A stretch of DNA of 63,826 nt, counting the filler, from Choristocarpus tenellus KU-1152 (lineage: Eukaryota; Protista; Phaeophyceae), in NCBI GenBank assembly GCA_964200185.2. It is 9 parts of 9 records of this genome, joined end to end, with 100 filler letters (N's around TTAATTAATTAA, not from the genome) between each part and the next. Parts side by side here need not be neighbours in the genome. Positions count along the whole stretch, not along the records: positions 8,806 to 14,499 come from CAXNAD020009986.1; positions 14,600 to 23,040 come from CAXNAD020004706.1; positions 23,141 to 30,718 come from CAXNAD020005938.1; 6 more parts are not named here. One strand, written 5' to 3'. Under the pieces are notes generated by a model, which was not told the DNA's origin, made no database searches, and saw only the letters and a program-made list of their open reading frames with translations. Below, one piece after another: positions 11,934 through 25,260 of the stretch. How positions within the stretch are numbered: the stretch's first letter is position 1; every line of letters starts with the position of its first letter. The position numbers and the translations under genes were made by a program.

Positions 11934-13781
11934 ATGGAGGTTGTCCAGGTGGGGGTTCCCCCGAAGGATCTGTCTAGAGACTCGTCATTGGAAGTAGCGA
12001 AGGTCGCTAGTCCCGCCGATTCTACCCCGGATCCTACTCCATCCCCTACCTCGACTATAGCACCACTCCAAGTCTCAATCCCTTCCGTTCATCACCATGC
12101 TGAATCGCCTGAACGCGTCAATGGTTCAGAAAACCCTCTTGGGTATGTGGGCAAGGGCAAAGGCAAAGCCGTGGCTCAAACATTCACTAACATCATCGAG
12201 AAAGGTGTGTCCGAGCCTCCATCGCATTGCCATGACCCGTTGTCCACTAAATTAGCTCCTGCAGAAAAGGTGTGCGAAAATGGTGCGATGCCGATGGAAG
12301 TCGACGAAGGTGATGGAGTGGGACAAGGGAGGGCCGAAGATGGGTCGCACCCAGTGTCCAATAACGATGTTTGTACCAAAGTTCCGCCACAAAAACAAGA
12401 TAATGCCATCCAGGGAACTTGCGATGGAAGTAGCGTCGCCGGGGTGAAAACTTGCCCCAACACTGATCGGGGCCCAGGGCACCACCCTGGAAAAAGAGGT
12501 GAAGTAGTGCGCAGGGAACATATGGTTTTGTCTTTCTTGAAGCATATCACTCTTTTGTTTGTACTCTGATCTTTTCAAGTTCCTCTAACAAAGCTTGATC
12601 GGGCGATGATTTTGCTACCTTGTTTGTTGGTGTGAGTGTCCACTTTGCCTGATCTTGTATCACACTTATGTAATCAGGTACATAGTATTAGAGTGTTTAC
12701 TGTAGTGGCTATTGCATCAGGGCTTAAGCTCATAAGGGTTAACAATGCCTTTGTTGTTCCCCCTTCTGACCTTTGCTCCTTGTTTAGAATCTTTCAGAGG
12801 TCGCGCAACTATCACATTTTTCGCAGTGTGCTGTTTGAGATGTAATCCCAGAGATAAGATACCTGAATACTACTGGATAGTTGTTGTGAGTGTTGACTAA
12901 TGCTTGGTGTAGACACAGGAACTGCTGCAGGAACAGATTTCAGTGTGGGGGCAACTAATGCCTGAAGTTGTCGCTATTTCTGTTGCATCCCTTTGACATA
13001 CATTCACACATGACTGATCATCATGGCAGCGAGATCAGTTATTCAGATTAATCTGTCTGTATTGAGCCAACGTTTGATTTGGTTAGAGATTTCATTGCTC
13101 TGCCATTCCCCTGCCCTGCCCTCCTGTACCTGTGGCCTTAAGAGTTCCTAGATCTGGTTTTCTACTCCACTCATTAATTGTGTTGCTTTGAGTACTGTAT
13201 GGCACTCCTCTGTGTTACGCTGGCATGTAGGCATGGAAGTTGTCTGCATGTAGGGATGGAAGTCGTCTACATGTAGGGATGGAAGTTGTCTGCATGTAGG
13301 GATGGAAGTCGTCTGCATGTAGGGATGGAAGTCGTCTGCATGTAGGGGTGGAAGTCGTCTGCATGTAGGGGTGGAAGTCGTCTTCCATTTCGTGTCCATA
13401 TATTTCCTGCAAGCGCTGCATGTAGGGGTAGTGACTCCCACCATTTTTCTCTGTCAATTGGCTCTTACCAAATACATATCTGCCCCCAAAATCCTCTACT
13501 TCCTGGTCATTTATATGTGTGTATTGGGATGTTGACATTTATATGTTGCATTCCATTGACCTTTCTCGTAACTTGCATGTATACTGTTCAATTTTTTTTC
13601 CTGAAAAAAGTGTACGTTTTTTTTTCTCTCACTCTTGCGCACCCTCACCCTAGCCCTATCCCTCTGACTCTTTTTCATCATATGCCGCTGCTCTTATTCA
13701 CAAGCAGTAGGTTCACAACCGGACACAGAGTATGGCAAGGGGAGGGATAGGAGACGAGGAATGACCATTTCGGAGGGAAAG
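11934..13781 (+). CDS. Unknown protein, first two exons (low-complexity N-terminus)
   Basis: ATG 11934 to donor aaaagag|gtgaag (12498). Phase-compatible exon 13711-13781 (GSQPDTEYGKGRDRRRGMTISEGK|gtgaga) with a CAGTAG tandem acceptor. Confidence 0.5.
13222..13430. repeat. 23-bp minisatellite (~7 units plus a remnant), intronic
   Basis: Unit TGCATGTAGGGATGGAAGTCGTC. Confidence 0.95.
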
Positions 13782-14299
13782 GTGAGAGTGTAATGAAATG
13801 ACACTATGGACCCTGGACTCAATTGGCCTTGAGGGTTGAGCAATGAAGAGATGCTTCTTACCATTTGTCTCATCTAATGCTTTTTTGGTCTAAGACAGAC
13901 TTACGGAAAGTTACTCGATATATGTGAGTAGGAAGACTTGTGATGCTCTGAATGTCTTTGAGCACGATGACCACCACGCGGCAGAGGAAATGATGTTGTC
14001 AAGTCAAGGTGGTTTTATGTTGGAGATCAAAGGGGGATGAGGGAAAGGGCAGGGGTGTGGGAGAGGATGAGGAGTACCCGTGTTCTCGGTGAATTGTTGT
14101 ATCTCTTTTTCTTTTTTTCTGAAGATGTGATGAAGAGATGGAGGTCATTGAATGTGTGGGTTGTAGAAGAAAAACGATTCCAGCAGTGCTTTGAACGCGC
14201 TTCATCTTTTGAGTCGTGTTGTTTATACGCAGCACTCCGGTGTTGGCACAGAACCAAGTTAATTTTTATGTCAGGATGATGTTTTTATGTCCGTTGGCG

Positions 14300-14499
14300 C
14301 ACACCTCAAGTCGTTTCAATATGAGAGTAGTTGCATTGCCAACCCACACACACCTCAATTCGTTTCGATATGAGAGTAGTTGCATTGCCAACCCACACAC
14401 ACCTCAAGTCGTTTCGATATGAGAGTAGTTGCATTGCCAACCCACACACACCTCAAGTCGTTTCGATATGAGAGTAGTTGCATTGCCAACCCACACACA
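14300..14499. repeat. 49-bp tandem repeat (4 units, runs into the contig end)
   Basis: ACACCTCAAGTCGTTTCGATATGAGAGTAGTTGCATTGCCAACCCACAC starts at 14301, 14350, 14399 and 14448. Confidence 0.95.
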
Positions 14500-14776
14500 N
14501 NNNNNNNNNNNNNNNNNNNNNNNNNNNNNNNNNNNNNNNNNNNTTAATTAATTAANNNNNNNNNNNNNNNNNNNNNNNNNNNNNNNNNNNNNNNNNNNNT
14601 TTTTAGATAGAGGAGCGGGACGCCGTTTTGGGGGTGGTGGGGGGTGCGGCGGGCGCTTTCCTCGCCTTCGGTCCCGCCCCCCCCCCCCCCCCCCCCCCCC
14701 GAGATACTTTGGGGCCTTTCCAAGTCTTCATATTATGACCAAATATATCCCTCTCTTGACCAATGACCCTACACAG

Positions 14777-17700
14777 CTGCCTGGAAGGTCAAGCAGCTCT
14801 GCTTGAAGCCCGCGGTCAACTCAACCTAGCCCTCCCAATGTTACTACGTGCATCAGCCATGGCCACGGCAAGCGGGGGAGTAGAAGCTGGGCACTGGGGC
14901 AGGATGGTGGTCTCAATTGCAAGGATATACTCTTGTACACCTGGCATGAACGTCAAGGCTCGGAGGGTGCTTATGGTGAGGGAGTTAGTGCTGTCAAAAT
15001 AAAGAGAGGGGATTGATGGGGTAGGTGCTGTTCGTTTCTCACAAATGCGATCTACTCTTTGATTTAATTTTCTGGATTATTATATTGCCTTTTTCCTGAG
15101 AATATTTTCAAACATTTTCCAGTGCAAGGAATAAGGGCATGTTTTGATGGGTTTATCACTAACCTTCTTGGTATTGAGTCCTCTGCAAGATTCTTTCGAT
15201 TCTTGAACATATGGTGTCCTGGCCATGCAGAGAAGGGCGTTATGACAGCTGTATCAGATTTGTCCCTTCAAAGAGATTCCTCTCTATCTACAATTTTCTC
15301 TGAATGTTCCTTTTTCTCTTTGCTCAATGATTGTCCCTTAGAAGAGGATGGAGGATTAGGAAACATGTATGATACTAGTCTTGGCGGTATCAGATGCCAT
15401 CACTAACACATTATCCTGTCTCCTATTATGAATGATGCTAGTGTACCACGTGCACACCTATTTCCCTTTTTTTGAGATATTCCTTCAATGGTCACCTCAT
15501 AGACCAAATATTCACAAATACGTGCTTTTCAAATATGTTGCTTTTCCACAACAAGGTTGCCTGTGAGTCGTTGTATGAAAAGGTGTTTCCAAAGGAAGAA
15601 GTCAGGAAGGTGGAAGAAAATGGAATGGAGGGAGGAGGTCCGTGGGTGGACCTTGATGCTGCAGTAGCTTATGCTGGGTAAGTCTAAAGTGCAAATATTA
15701 ATTTGGCTTGAGTACATCCATATCATCAGACGCTCAAAACTGCTCCTGTGGTTTGGTGGTGCTGATTTGACAATACACAGACCCAGACAACATCGTCCAT
15801 CATCAATCCACCAACTTTCACAGTGCATAGTTGGCATTTACTCAGACTCACAAAACTCTGTGACTGTGATCCTTGCATAAACAACATGATCGACCACTTC
15901 AGTTACTCCCATATAGGTGTTGCTGCCATCTATCGAAATTAATGATTGCTGAGGGTGTTGCCTCAGAGGGTACTGGAGAGTTGCATTTGGAGTCAGCGCT
16001 GCAGGCGAGTCAAGTTTGTCGGATTTTTCTTGTGTAATGCAATACACCTGTGCCATGTTGCCTTTTTTAGGGAATGATAAAGTATTGAAACACAGATAAT
16101 GCAGGTATTATGTACAGGTCGAAGTCTCCTGACTCTTCATTTCCCCTACCTAAATTTTCCACAATCCGTTACCACAGATTCTAGTACAGGCTGCAGACTT
16201 CCTCTCTCCACTTGGTCCACACCCTGCCATAGCTGCACTCCCTCGACTTCAAGGCAAACTGCGTGCTTCCCATGAACTCTACCTTGCAAAAACAACTAGA
16301 GCCCCGCCCAGGACTGAAGTCCTTATGTCTGCGGCTAATGAACTTTCCAAGTCAGCGGCAAGCCTTCGCATAATCTTACGCTCAGCTAAGCTTCCTCCTG
16401 AACTTCTATCTTCAGTTGATTCAAACACTCGAGTTCATAGTGCAGGGGAAAGAAACAAGGGATTGCTTGGGGGTGAGAAGGAAATAGGGATAATCGGTAA
16501 AACTGCTGCAAAGAAGGGAGAACCAGGAAAAGGAAAAGACAACCCAAGCAAAGGAGGAAGTAAGCATGATATTGGAAGCAGCAAAAAAGATAATGCATCA
16601 GAAGATGACTTGACAGGAGCTAAGGATGGGTCTCAGGCAGGTTTCAGGAATGATGTTAGCTATACTTGTACTCCACTAGGTCGCGAGTATGCACTTGTGC
16701 AGTTGGAGGAAGCTTCATTGCGGAGGATGCTGGGACGACTACAAGGGGAACACCTCAGTGATATTTTGGCAGGGATTGCTATGGCCAAGTACAAGACGGA
16801 TCCAGTGCAAAAGTGAGTTGCTTCGTTGAGACTAAGGTGCACCATCTTTGCATTTTGTTGTGCTGTAGGAAGTGATGAAGGTGAGGCTAAGAACCGGTGG
16901 AATTTTATATGGCTGACGGTGCGACCTGTTCCATACACTATTGAGTAGTCGTCAAAATAGAATGGGTAATATCCACCACCCCCCAAAAAACTATATTGAA
17001 CTCTAAACTGAACATAAGTAGCAATGACTGGACTGTCCTCGCTCCCTAACAATTCATAAGGTTCTTGGAGTCCTCTTTGCCTGAGGGTCACCCAACCCCT
17101 GAAACAATGGCTTTGCCAGGGGTGCAGGAGGCATTACTCTTGGCAGGCTCTTCTTTGGAGATACTGAAGACCTCTGCCCCTGGGCTTACTCCACTTGCAT
17201 TTTCGGGAGAGGGTGAGGCACTAGCCATGCTTGCCATGCGAGGTGAGACTAATGCAGAAGAGGGGTGTGCTCCCCTGTACACGTCCTATTCAAGGTTGCT
17301 AAGTCCTTGCACAAAGGTGATAACCAGCACTTGAATTCAACTTCAAATTCTGAGCAAGATGCCATAATGGAACGCCAAGGCGAGGACAGTCCACAACGCG
17401 TACCTATTGATACTCCTGGCAGATTCACTCCCTCACATAAGAATATCAGTTCACTAGCTTTGGCATGGGCATGGAAGTAGAACAAACAGATAAGGCAGAG
17501 AAAGCAAAAGGAGTAGAAGACCAAACACGTATGCCTATGACAAAATGCCAGCCTTGTCACAAGAAGATATAAAAAATAATCGTGATAATATTTCCACCCT
17601 TGCGTTTAAGATGTAACGGGTGTATTGACTATTGACAGCGGTGAGAGTGGAGGCTTAAACAATAATCAGTTTATTGGGCTGTGAGGATCGGGTGGAAGAA

Positions 17701-20700
17701 AACCTCTGGAGTACATACGAGATAACAACTCCAGACAACGACAAACAAAAGCAGGAGCTATTTCTGCAAACCGAATCTTTACATACCTGTACATAACAGA
17801 ATTTTGGAGGGTGTTGTCTTGGGCCCAATTATCAACCACCACTATCAACAGCATGATCTGATTCAAAATAATTGGGGAAAGTGGCATTACAGCATTGCCC
17901 CTTCATCAGATACCACTCACAAATGTCAATCTATGAAAGGAATCAGGCAATGCAACAGCTTTCCTCACTTACAATCGGCAATTGATACTTACTAATCGGA
18001 GTAGACAGAACACACTCAATCTATTCAACCTTACCTCATATCCAGTCAGTCTGATCCCTCAACAAGTCCCATTCTCACCCCCATTCTCAATCACAACATC
18101 CTACTCCTGCTTCATCCAGCTGGGTTTGCGGATGAGGCTTGGTCTGGAAACACTCAGCCATTGCCAGTGACGTTACTAAGACCTGTGTCAGCTGGAGATG
18201 CACCTTCAGAGGTGGGCAAGAAGGCAAAGCAACTTTCTGGGAAAAAGGGTGGAGCGAAGCCGACCAAGAAAAAGGCAGCTGTTCCTGTGGAGGAAGATGT
18301 GACACCAGCACCAGCACCTGTATTATCTATGGAGGTTTGTGTTCGGGCACATAACAATACTCTGCAGTGCAGCTCCCTCTTTGAACCTGACTATTGCTGA
18401 TGTTGCAGATACATCACTTGTGGTAACACTCCAGTATTTATTTTGTACCTATATTTTCTTTTCGTGTGGCACAACTGGGCATATGCTTCAGAAATTTCTA
18501 GTTCCCTGTGTCCATCCAAACAAACCAGAGTCAACTAACAATCTTCATACCTGCAAGTCATGGCATGTTCCTACACATAACATTATCTCTTTTCAGGAGG
18601 AATTTAATCTCTTGGCGCAAGCAAGATATAAGCTTGACCTTGCAATAGCGTCTGGCATCAAAGAAGGCTGCTGGGATGCAGTGGCAGCAGCTTCTTTTGC
18701 TCTGGCCGAGATAGTAGGGGGGACTGATTCTCCAGTGGCAGCAGGAGCACTGATGCTTCACCAGGTGTGTGCATTTGGGAACCTGGAAAACAGTTTCAAT
18801 GTGACAAGCAGGACAGTAATATTCTGGATCCTCCTGTTTGATGCATTCATCTCAACATACCCTGGGGCAATAGTTTGTTTCCTTGCTGTGCAGTAGCAAC
18901 ATCCTACCCAAATCTTCCCTACTGCAGCACACCCCACAATAAAGTCAACTGAGGTTGAGCTATTTCACAAAGCAAGTAGGGCATATCTTGGTGATGACCA
19001 TAGGGTTCACTCTCATTCAGGTTTAGTGTCTCATCGCCCTGTATGTTGTCAGGGAGATGATGCCGCTTTCAGGAGGAGTGCTCAAGCACTGTGACAGCAG
19101 TCTATCCCATTGTTCACGAAAAATATTACAATTCTATCTGATGGGGACCTCTAATGCACAGCTTTACATTATTGGGGCATTGAGATAGCTTGTTTTGCTT
19201 CCCCATTGGCAACTTACAGAGGTTTGACTCCTACAACTGGTAAATGCCCTCTTTTCTTATGATATACTTTAGAGCTGCCGCGCCCGGAAGAGACTGGAGG
19301 TTATCCTGAGGACTGCCATGGCACCTTCCGACCGTCACCGCATCTTTTTGGATCGCCTCAATACCTGCCAAGGTAAAATGAATCAATTTACTCTTCCAAA
19401 TGTCTACTTCCACAATATGTTAGCACTGCTTGCAATAACCCTATTTTATAGTACATTGCATTGTGAAAAACTATACTGAAATTATATATGTAGCAATGCA
19501 GAAAATTTCCTGTGTAAGTTCTCAATCCCTGTAGAGCACGGAGTCCTGCTTCGCCGCATTCAATATTCTACAGAATGAAAATTTTATTAGCGGAATTTTT
19601 TTTGAACCAATCAGATTCCATACAGACTCCCTCCGACCCCCACCCCCCCACCCCCCCCACCCAGGGGCAGTCTCTGGCCTCCACACCCTTGATCCCTGCA
19701 TGCTGGAAAGGGGTGATGTGGGTACAATCTTAGGTGTCAGCAGAAACATTGGTGGAAGTGGAGGCAGTGTAGCAGGAGGAGGGACAGGAAATTCATTTCC
19801 CCCTGTGTTGACAGCTAGGAAATTCCTGAATGAGTCCCTCGAGGCGTGGAGACGCCTAGACTGTGGTCAACCCACAGATGAATGCCTGAAGGCCCTACCT
19901 CCAGGTGTCGCTGTGCTCTCTCTCCAGGTAAGAATTTTTTTTATTTCATATAATATTGTGTGTGTGTGTGTGTGTGTGTGCATATATACTTAGGGGATCC
20001 CGTCACTACCTTAAAGTGAAGTGGACAAAAATGGGTGTAGTCACCTGTTGTAGTTCCAATGGGGGTGAAAAAATGGGGGAAGAGGAATATTAGTAGTTAT
20101 TTGCATGGAAGGACAGAAATATATGTGAGATATTGGATAGAATGGAATCATACCTCTTATTCGTCTGGAAAGAAGATCCAAAGTAAACGAGAGGTAACCA
20201 GGTATTCACCATTCCAATTTTTCATCCTTTGAAATTTTCGTTATTTTGTGGATGATGTGCTAAGATTAACTTGAGAGTGTCGGTATCACAAAGGCTAGAA
20301 AATTTTCAATAGATTTCGGAAAAGTCCCTCTAGGCACCTACAAAAAAGAATAATTTTGCACAGTTACCGACATCCTTCAATTACAACCTTGGATACCTCT
20401 CGTGTATTGCGACACAAAGAGAGGTATGACTCATGCCATCTCCTTGAGCCATAGTATCCTAGAGGGTGGGCCAGGCGTCCATTCAGGGCATGTGTTGCTT
20501 GATTGAACGTGTCAGATGCAAGTGCAATTTCCTTCATCTGAGGGCACCTTTTATTTCCACCCATCTGCCTGAACCAAATCCGAAGTAAATCAAATCACTC
20601 TCAAAATGGGCATCAAACTGGGGTATCTTTCAAAACCCCACCAAGACCCGAATGGACAAACTGGGATATAGACCCTCCCCTCAAAGATACTATGGGTCCT

Positions 20701-22945
20701 TTTTTTAACAGGTGCGCCTTTCTGGCCTTTGTAGTCCATAATAGCACCCCAGTATGGATTAAAACCACAAAGGGGACTAGTGACTTTCTGGACATGTGTC
20801 TATGCCGTAGGTCCCCTTCTCCAACCTTCCAACTGCTTTAATATCCATGTGCAGACAGGTTTGCGGCAGGTGATTCTATAATGTGATACAGATGGCAGCA
20901 TTTTTTCGGTGAGCATCAAATCTTGCACAAGAAATTTGTTGAGAACTCACTTGAAAAAGTTGGGGGAAAAACGGCACTTGATACCATTGTTCACGTTAAA
21001 ATTTTCTATCTTACAGCAAAACAACCTCACTCCAAACCACCCCACCAATTGCAATGAATATATACCAGCATTCTGAAAGACTATCCCTAACACCATACGG
21101 TTATAGGCATAGTGTAGAAGGTGCAGGTTAACCCAGGCATAGAGGATGCAGGCGAACACACATCGGAGGGCATAGGATCTCAGACAATACTATAAAATCT
21201 TTTTCGCAGCACAATGCCGAAATATATATTTGATGGGCAGAGCTTTTTCTTCGCGCGGTGTCGAAGAGAGGATAAGACATATGGAGCAATAAAATTAATA
21301 CACACATTGCTACTGCTACCAACTAAAAAATTCATGAAGGTTCCGAAAGGACAACAAAACCTGCATGGTAAGAGGCGTCAGAGCCAAATTATCTTAGAAG
21401 GTACAGCCACATCCATTTGGGGACCAAAAATCCAATGTTGCTATTTTGGTGAAAATTTGGCTACTGTATTTGTTAGGAAGTGTCAATATCCTTGTTCTGG
21501 ACACAACTTTTCGTAATATATACATTTTACCTACTCCAAAACACTTTAGATTAGGAAGATTTCAATAATAAAACCCATAGGAAGCCAAGCCCCAAATGGA
21601 CAAAAACAGGGCAGAACTCGTACCCCCAAAGATGTTTGCTGTATTCTTGTGGATGGAGAATATATATGTGCCATAATTCCATTTCACTCTCATGACTTCA
21701 ATCTGTCATTACCCATGGTATAATGATGCGGTCCACTTCACTCAGAGACTCTTAATATTGTCATAGACAAACAATCAGCAGGTGGGACGGTCTATGGTGG
21801 TCACTGAACCTAAGTTTTGACAAGGAGAAAGATACTATTGCTTGTTCTGAAACAGAATCCTATGTTGTTGCCTCAGGATCATTTCTGGTCAAATGATGAC
21901 CTAGTACTTAATGTGATAAAATGACATCCTTCACAGTCCCCGTGTGTGCCTTTGCCATCAAACTTAAGCCCTACCCAACTCTCTCAATCAGGTATCTCCC
22001 GATGGTAGCACATTGTATGGGGCAGGGCATTGTGATGGCACCTCCACCTTAGGATCTCTCATGGATGCGGGTGAACCACGATCCTCAGCGGAAGAGTTGG
22101 GGGAATCGATGAAGCCAACTTCAGCTGCAGTGTGGCGGCATGAAATGTTGCCCAGAGAGAGGTCACTGCTGATGACTTTGAAGGGAAATATGTCTTCCCT
22201 TGAAGGCAAGGGTGCTAGTGATGCCAATCATATGATTGATATTTTAAGAAAATGATATACACAAGAATGAAAGTATCTTAGAGGGTACGAGTTTTGTCCT
22301 GTTCGTCCATTCGTGACTTGGCTTCCCATGGCCTTTTTTTATGACATTTTCCTACTCCAAAATGTTTCGGAGTAGGTAAAATGTGTCCAGAACAGGTGTG
22401 TCCGGAACAAGAATACTGACACTTCCCAACAAACACGATAACCAAAATTCCATCAAAATCGCAACATTGGATTTTGGACCCCAAATGGACACGGCTCTAC
22501 CCTCTAAGATACTTTGGCTCACAAAATAGAAAAATGTCAGATATAGTGGTAGGCGGCAAGGTATGAAAGACTGTGTGCACACCAGAAAAAAGGCCTTGGC
22601 ATCGCAATGATCCAACACCATGAGTTCATCCCGCAACCAGTAGGATATGAGGAATCTGATCACACCATAAAATGTGTATTATTCCATTTAATCAAACCCT
22701 CTCTTCAAGTCAAATAACTAATCTCATCGTCAACAAAACACTCAGACACTGATGCAATATATGGCTCAACGATATCCTCAGGAGCAATCAGCCGATATTG
22801 CCTGGACTACAGTGATGAAGCAGGAGAAAGCGGTGATTTCCTCCCCCCTACCCTACCTCCCAGCACCAACCTCGACCCTGACTTAGACTCTCATCAGTCG
22901 AGGGCTGGAACGCATTCTGGAGATGCACAGCAGGGGAAACTTACG
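14777..22945 (+). CDS. CFAP46: CFAP46/TTC40-like cilia- and flagella-associated protein, internal exons (partial)
   Basis: Phase-consistent exons: 14777-14975, 15556-15677, 15917-16004 (GC donor), 16178-16812, 17061-17242, 18120-18333, 18597-~18764, ~19272-19372, ~19615-19927, 21992-~22205 and 22782-~22945. Motifs WDAVAAASFALAEIVG..AAGALMLHQ|SC and VLSLQ|VSPDGSTLYGA resemble the CFAP46 C-terminal region as recalled. Confidence 0.65.
20175..21330 (-). mobile_element. Decayed DNA-transposon remnant with a subfamily-2 TIR and Cys-rich coding relics (intronic)
   Basis: GATCCAAAGTAAACGAGAGGTAACC at 20175 matches the MITE subfamily-2 TIR. Minus-strand relics ILCPPMC and AGIYSLQLVGWFGVRLFCCK...CRFSPNFFK. 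Confidence 0.35.
21381..21638 (+). mobile_element. MITE subfamily 1 copy (right TIR degraded)
   Basis: Starts GAGCCAAATTATCTTAGAAGGTA. Interior homologous to the other copies. Confidence 0.85.
22265..22520 (-). mobile_element. MITE subfamily 1 copy with 4-bp TSD ACAA
   Basis: acaa|GAATGAAAGTATCTTAGAGGGTA...TACCCTCTAAGATACTTTGGCTC|acaa. Confidence 0.92.
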
Positions 22946-23140
22946 GTCGGTACCTGTGGTGATGAGGGGGCGTTCAAGGGTGGAATGGGAATGGGAGGGG
23001 GAGAGGGGACAGGGAATAATAAGGGGGCGGCAGGAGAGGCNNNNNNNNNNNNNNNNNNNNNNNNNNNNNNNNNNNNNNNNNNNNTTAATTAATTAANNNN
23101 NNNNNNNNNNNNNNNNNNNNNNNNNNNNNNNNNNNNNNNN

Positions 23141-25018
23141 TACTCCAACCTTAAGCCTCTATTCGTGAACTTCTTAGTGACTTTGACATTTTCCTCTGTA
23201 ATGTTACGTAGGTATTCCGAATCTTACTTTGCATCTCCTTAAAATTATCACTTACTCTGTAAGGTTACCTATGTGCTACTAATATCGTATATAGTTCGCA
23301 CTTGTTAGAACTCGAGAAACAATCTTCGCACTGTATGTCTATTACAAATGTACGTATTTCTTAACACATGAGGAGAAAATACTCGCGCTATTCGCGTGTA
23401 ACAAAGCTCAAACTTTGTTGAAATACAAGAAGAAATGCTCACGCTATTCGCCTGTAACAGTTTCAGTGTGCATTCCATGGTGCTGGAATAGTTTTATCTT
23501 GAGTGGTGAAGGTGGGAGAACGGTGGTAGGTAGAACAAGATGAGTTCGTGTGTGTTGTTTAGGTGTTGAGACTCATAACCCGTTGGAAGCTGGGATTGAA
23601 TGGATCATACTCCATTGCAAAGTGGCAAATTGGTTGTGGTGAAGAGGTGTCATAGTGCAGTGAAGCACCGGTGAGTTCTTGCTGGTGAACCTTGTGACAT
23701 GCTTTGCACACAGTCAGAGGTTATGTGGTACAGTGATGTAGGGTATTCCTTGGTACATTCAAAGGAAGAGATTCGAGCTTGGTGTAGAGGCTTGTCACCT
23801 TGCGAAGAAGGGTCTTATGTATGTTTTAACTCTGAATATATAAGATCCAGTTGTGTATCAGGTACATCTAGTGCAAAGTGAGCTCGGTGTCTAAGTGGGG
23901 GCTAGTCCAACCAAGGTAAAAGAACAAACAATATATGAGATGAAGCAATTGGTGGTGTTGTTGTGAAGATAGAACCAAAGAATCAAACTCGAATCAATAT
24001 TTTGAACAACTAATGCGGAGAGGGAACTTTCTAACACCGAAAATTATGCACATACCTCGAGCTCTTCGCAGTAGAGCACCAGTGAAGTATCCGAAACAGC
24101 ATTGTGCCACAGCCACCGTTGACGTATCCAGGAGGCGAGAGACTAACGAAGAGAGAAGGATTTGGAAATTTGTCAAGAGATGATACACTGATATCAACTG
24201 GAGTGAGAGGGTAGGGACTAATTTTACCCTTGATAAGGTCGGTGATGTCTACTCCAACCACGAATTTGGAATGGTATTCCCCCTGAAGGTCACACACCAG
24301 TGCCAGTTAGGTTGGTTGATGAATACCCTGTGACCGATCTTGCTTGACTAGTGGATCAAGACAAGAACAAGGGCAGTTATATGCTTTCACCTTCCAAAGA
24401 TACTTAAAGGTAACGATTCACGTGTGCCCAACAATACAGGTGAATTTGGAAACTGCAATGGGAACATTTCCCTCATAAATTGATCAAAAGAGACGGCCAT
24501 TATGTTACAATGAGCTCCAGAACTAACCTCAACAGGATACGTAGCTCTAACCCAACGGCCTATAACGACGCTACTGGGGTATTTCCACAGTCGATAGACC
24601 ACTTGCAGGTGTGAGCCACTCTTCTCTCGATGCTCCACTCAGTGCTTAGCGTAATGCTTGACTTAGTGTTTTATTCGAGAAAGAGTGAAAGAGGTACGTT
24701 GAGCGACTCTCAAAAGCACTCTTATATATTAGCGTCATTCACCCGATTTCTACTTACTACAAGATGGAAGACATCTGCAACCTGTTGTATACATATTCAA
24801 ATTACAAATCATACCTGTAACTTATAGGAAATCGGCATTCGTTCTGTAAGGTCACCTATGTGCTGCGAATCTTATTCTGCAACTTCTAGCAAATTGGTAT
24901 TCATTTTGTAAGATTACTTACGCATTACAAATCCTACTCTGCATCTTCTAGTAAGTCAGAGTTCCTCTTGTAAGAATCATTACGTGTGTATACTGCTCGC
25001 GCTATTCGCCTGTAACAA
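23141..25018 (-). mobile_element. Decayed or nested LTR retrotransposon; 5' LTR 24604-25018 with PBS-like site, related LTR pieces at 23141-23459
   Basis: On the minus strand the LTR starts TGTTACAGGCGAATAGCG (25018), contains TATATAA (~24722-24728) and AATAAA (~24669-24674), and ends ...CTGCA followed by AG-TGGTCTATCGACTG (PBS-like). The same LTR start recurs at 23459 and 23402. Internal ~60-bp tandem subrepeats are present. Confidence 0.6.
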
Positions 25019-25077
25019 TTACTCATGAACAGGGTTGGTTGAATCGTATTGGGTGTGTATGTAATGAATTTGCTATA

Positions 25078-25260
25078 CCACTCCATTGAATCGTCCGTAT
25101 GATGAGTACTCTCTCCACTGTTGTCATCAACACTACTCTCTCTTGCAAAGAGGGCTTACCTCAAACCATGTCCTGATGGGCTCTTCAAGTTTAATGTCCA
25201 AGATCCCACATCCCATGATAAAAGCACCCTGATATCTCCACATTTCTGGGATCTCTAACA
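25078..25260 (+). repeat. Dispersed repeat; inverted copy at ~30440-30625
   Basis: GAGTACTCTCTCCACTGTTGT...GGCTTACCTCAAACCATGTCC...AATGTCCAAGATCCCACATCCCA is present in both orientations. Confidence 0.85.

Noticed and set aside
13148-13538. Repeat-containing ORFs (MQTTSTPTCRR...)
   Set aside because: Translation of the 23-bp minisatellite inside an intron.
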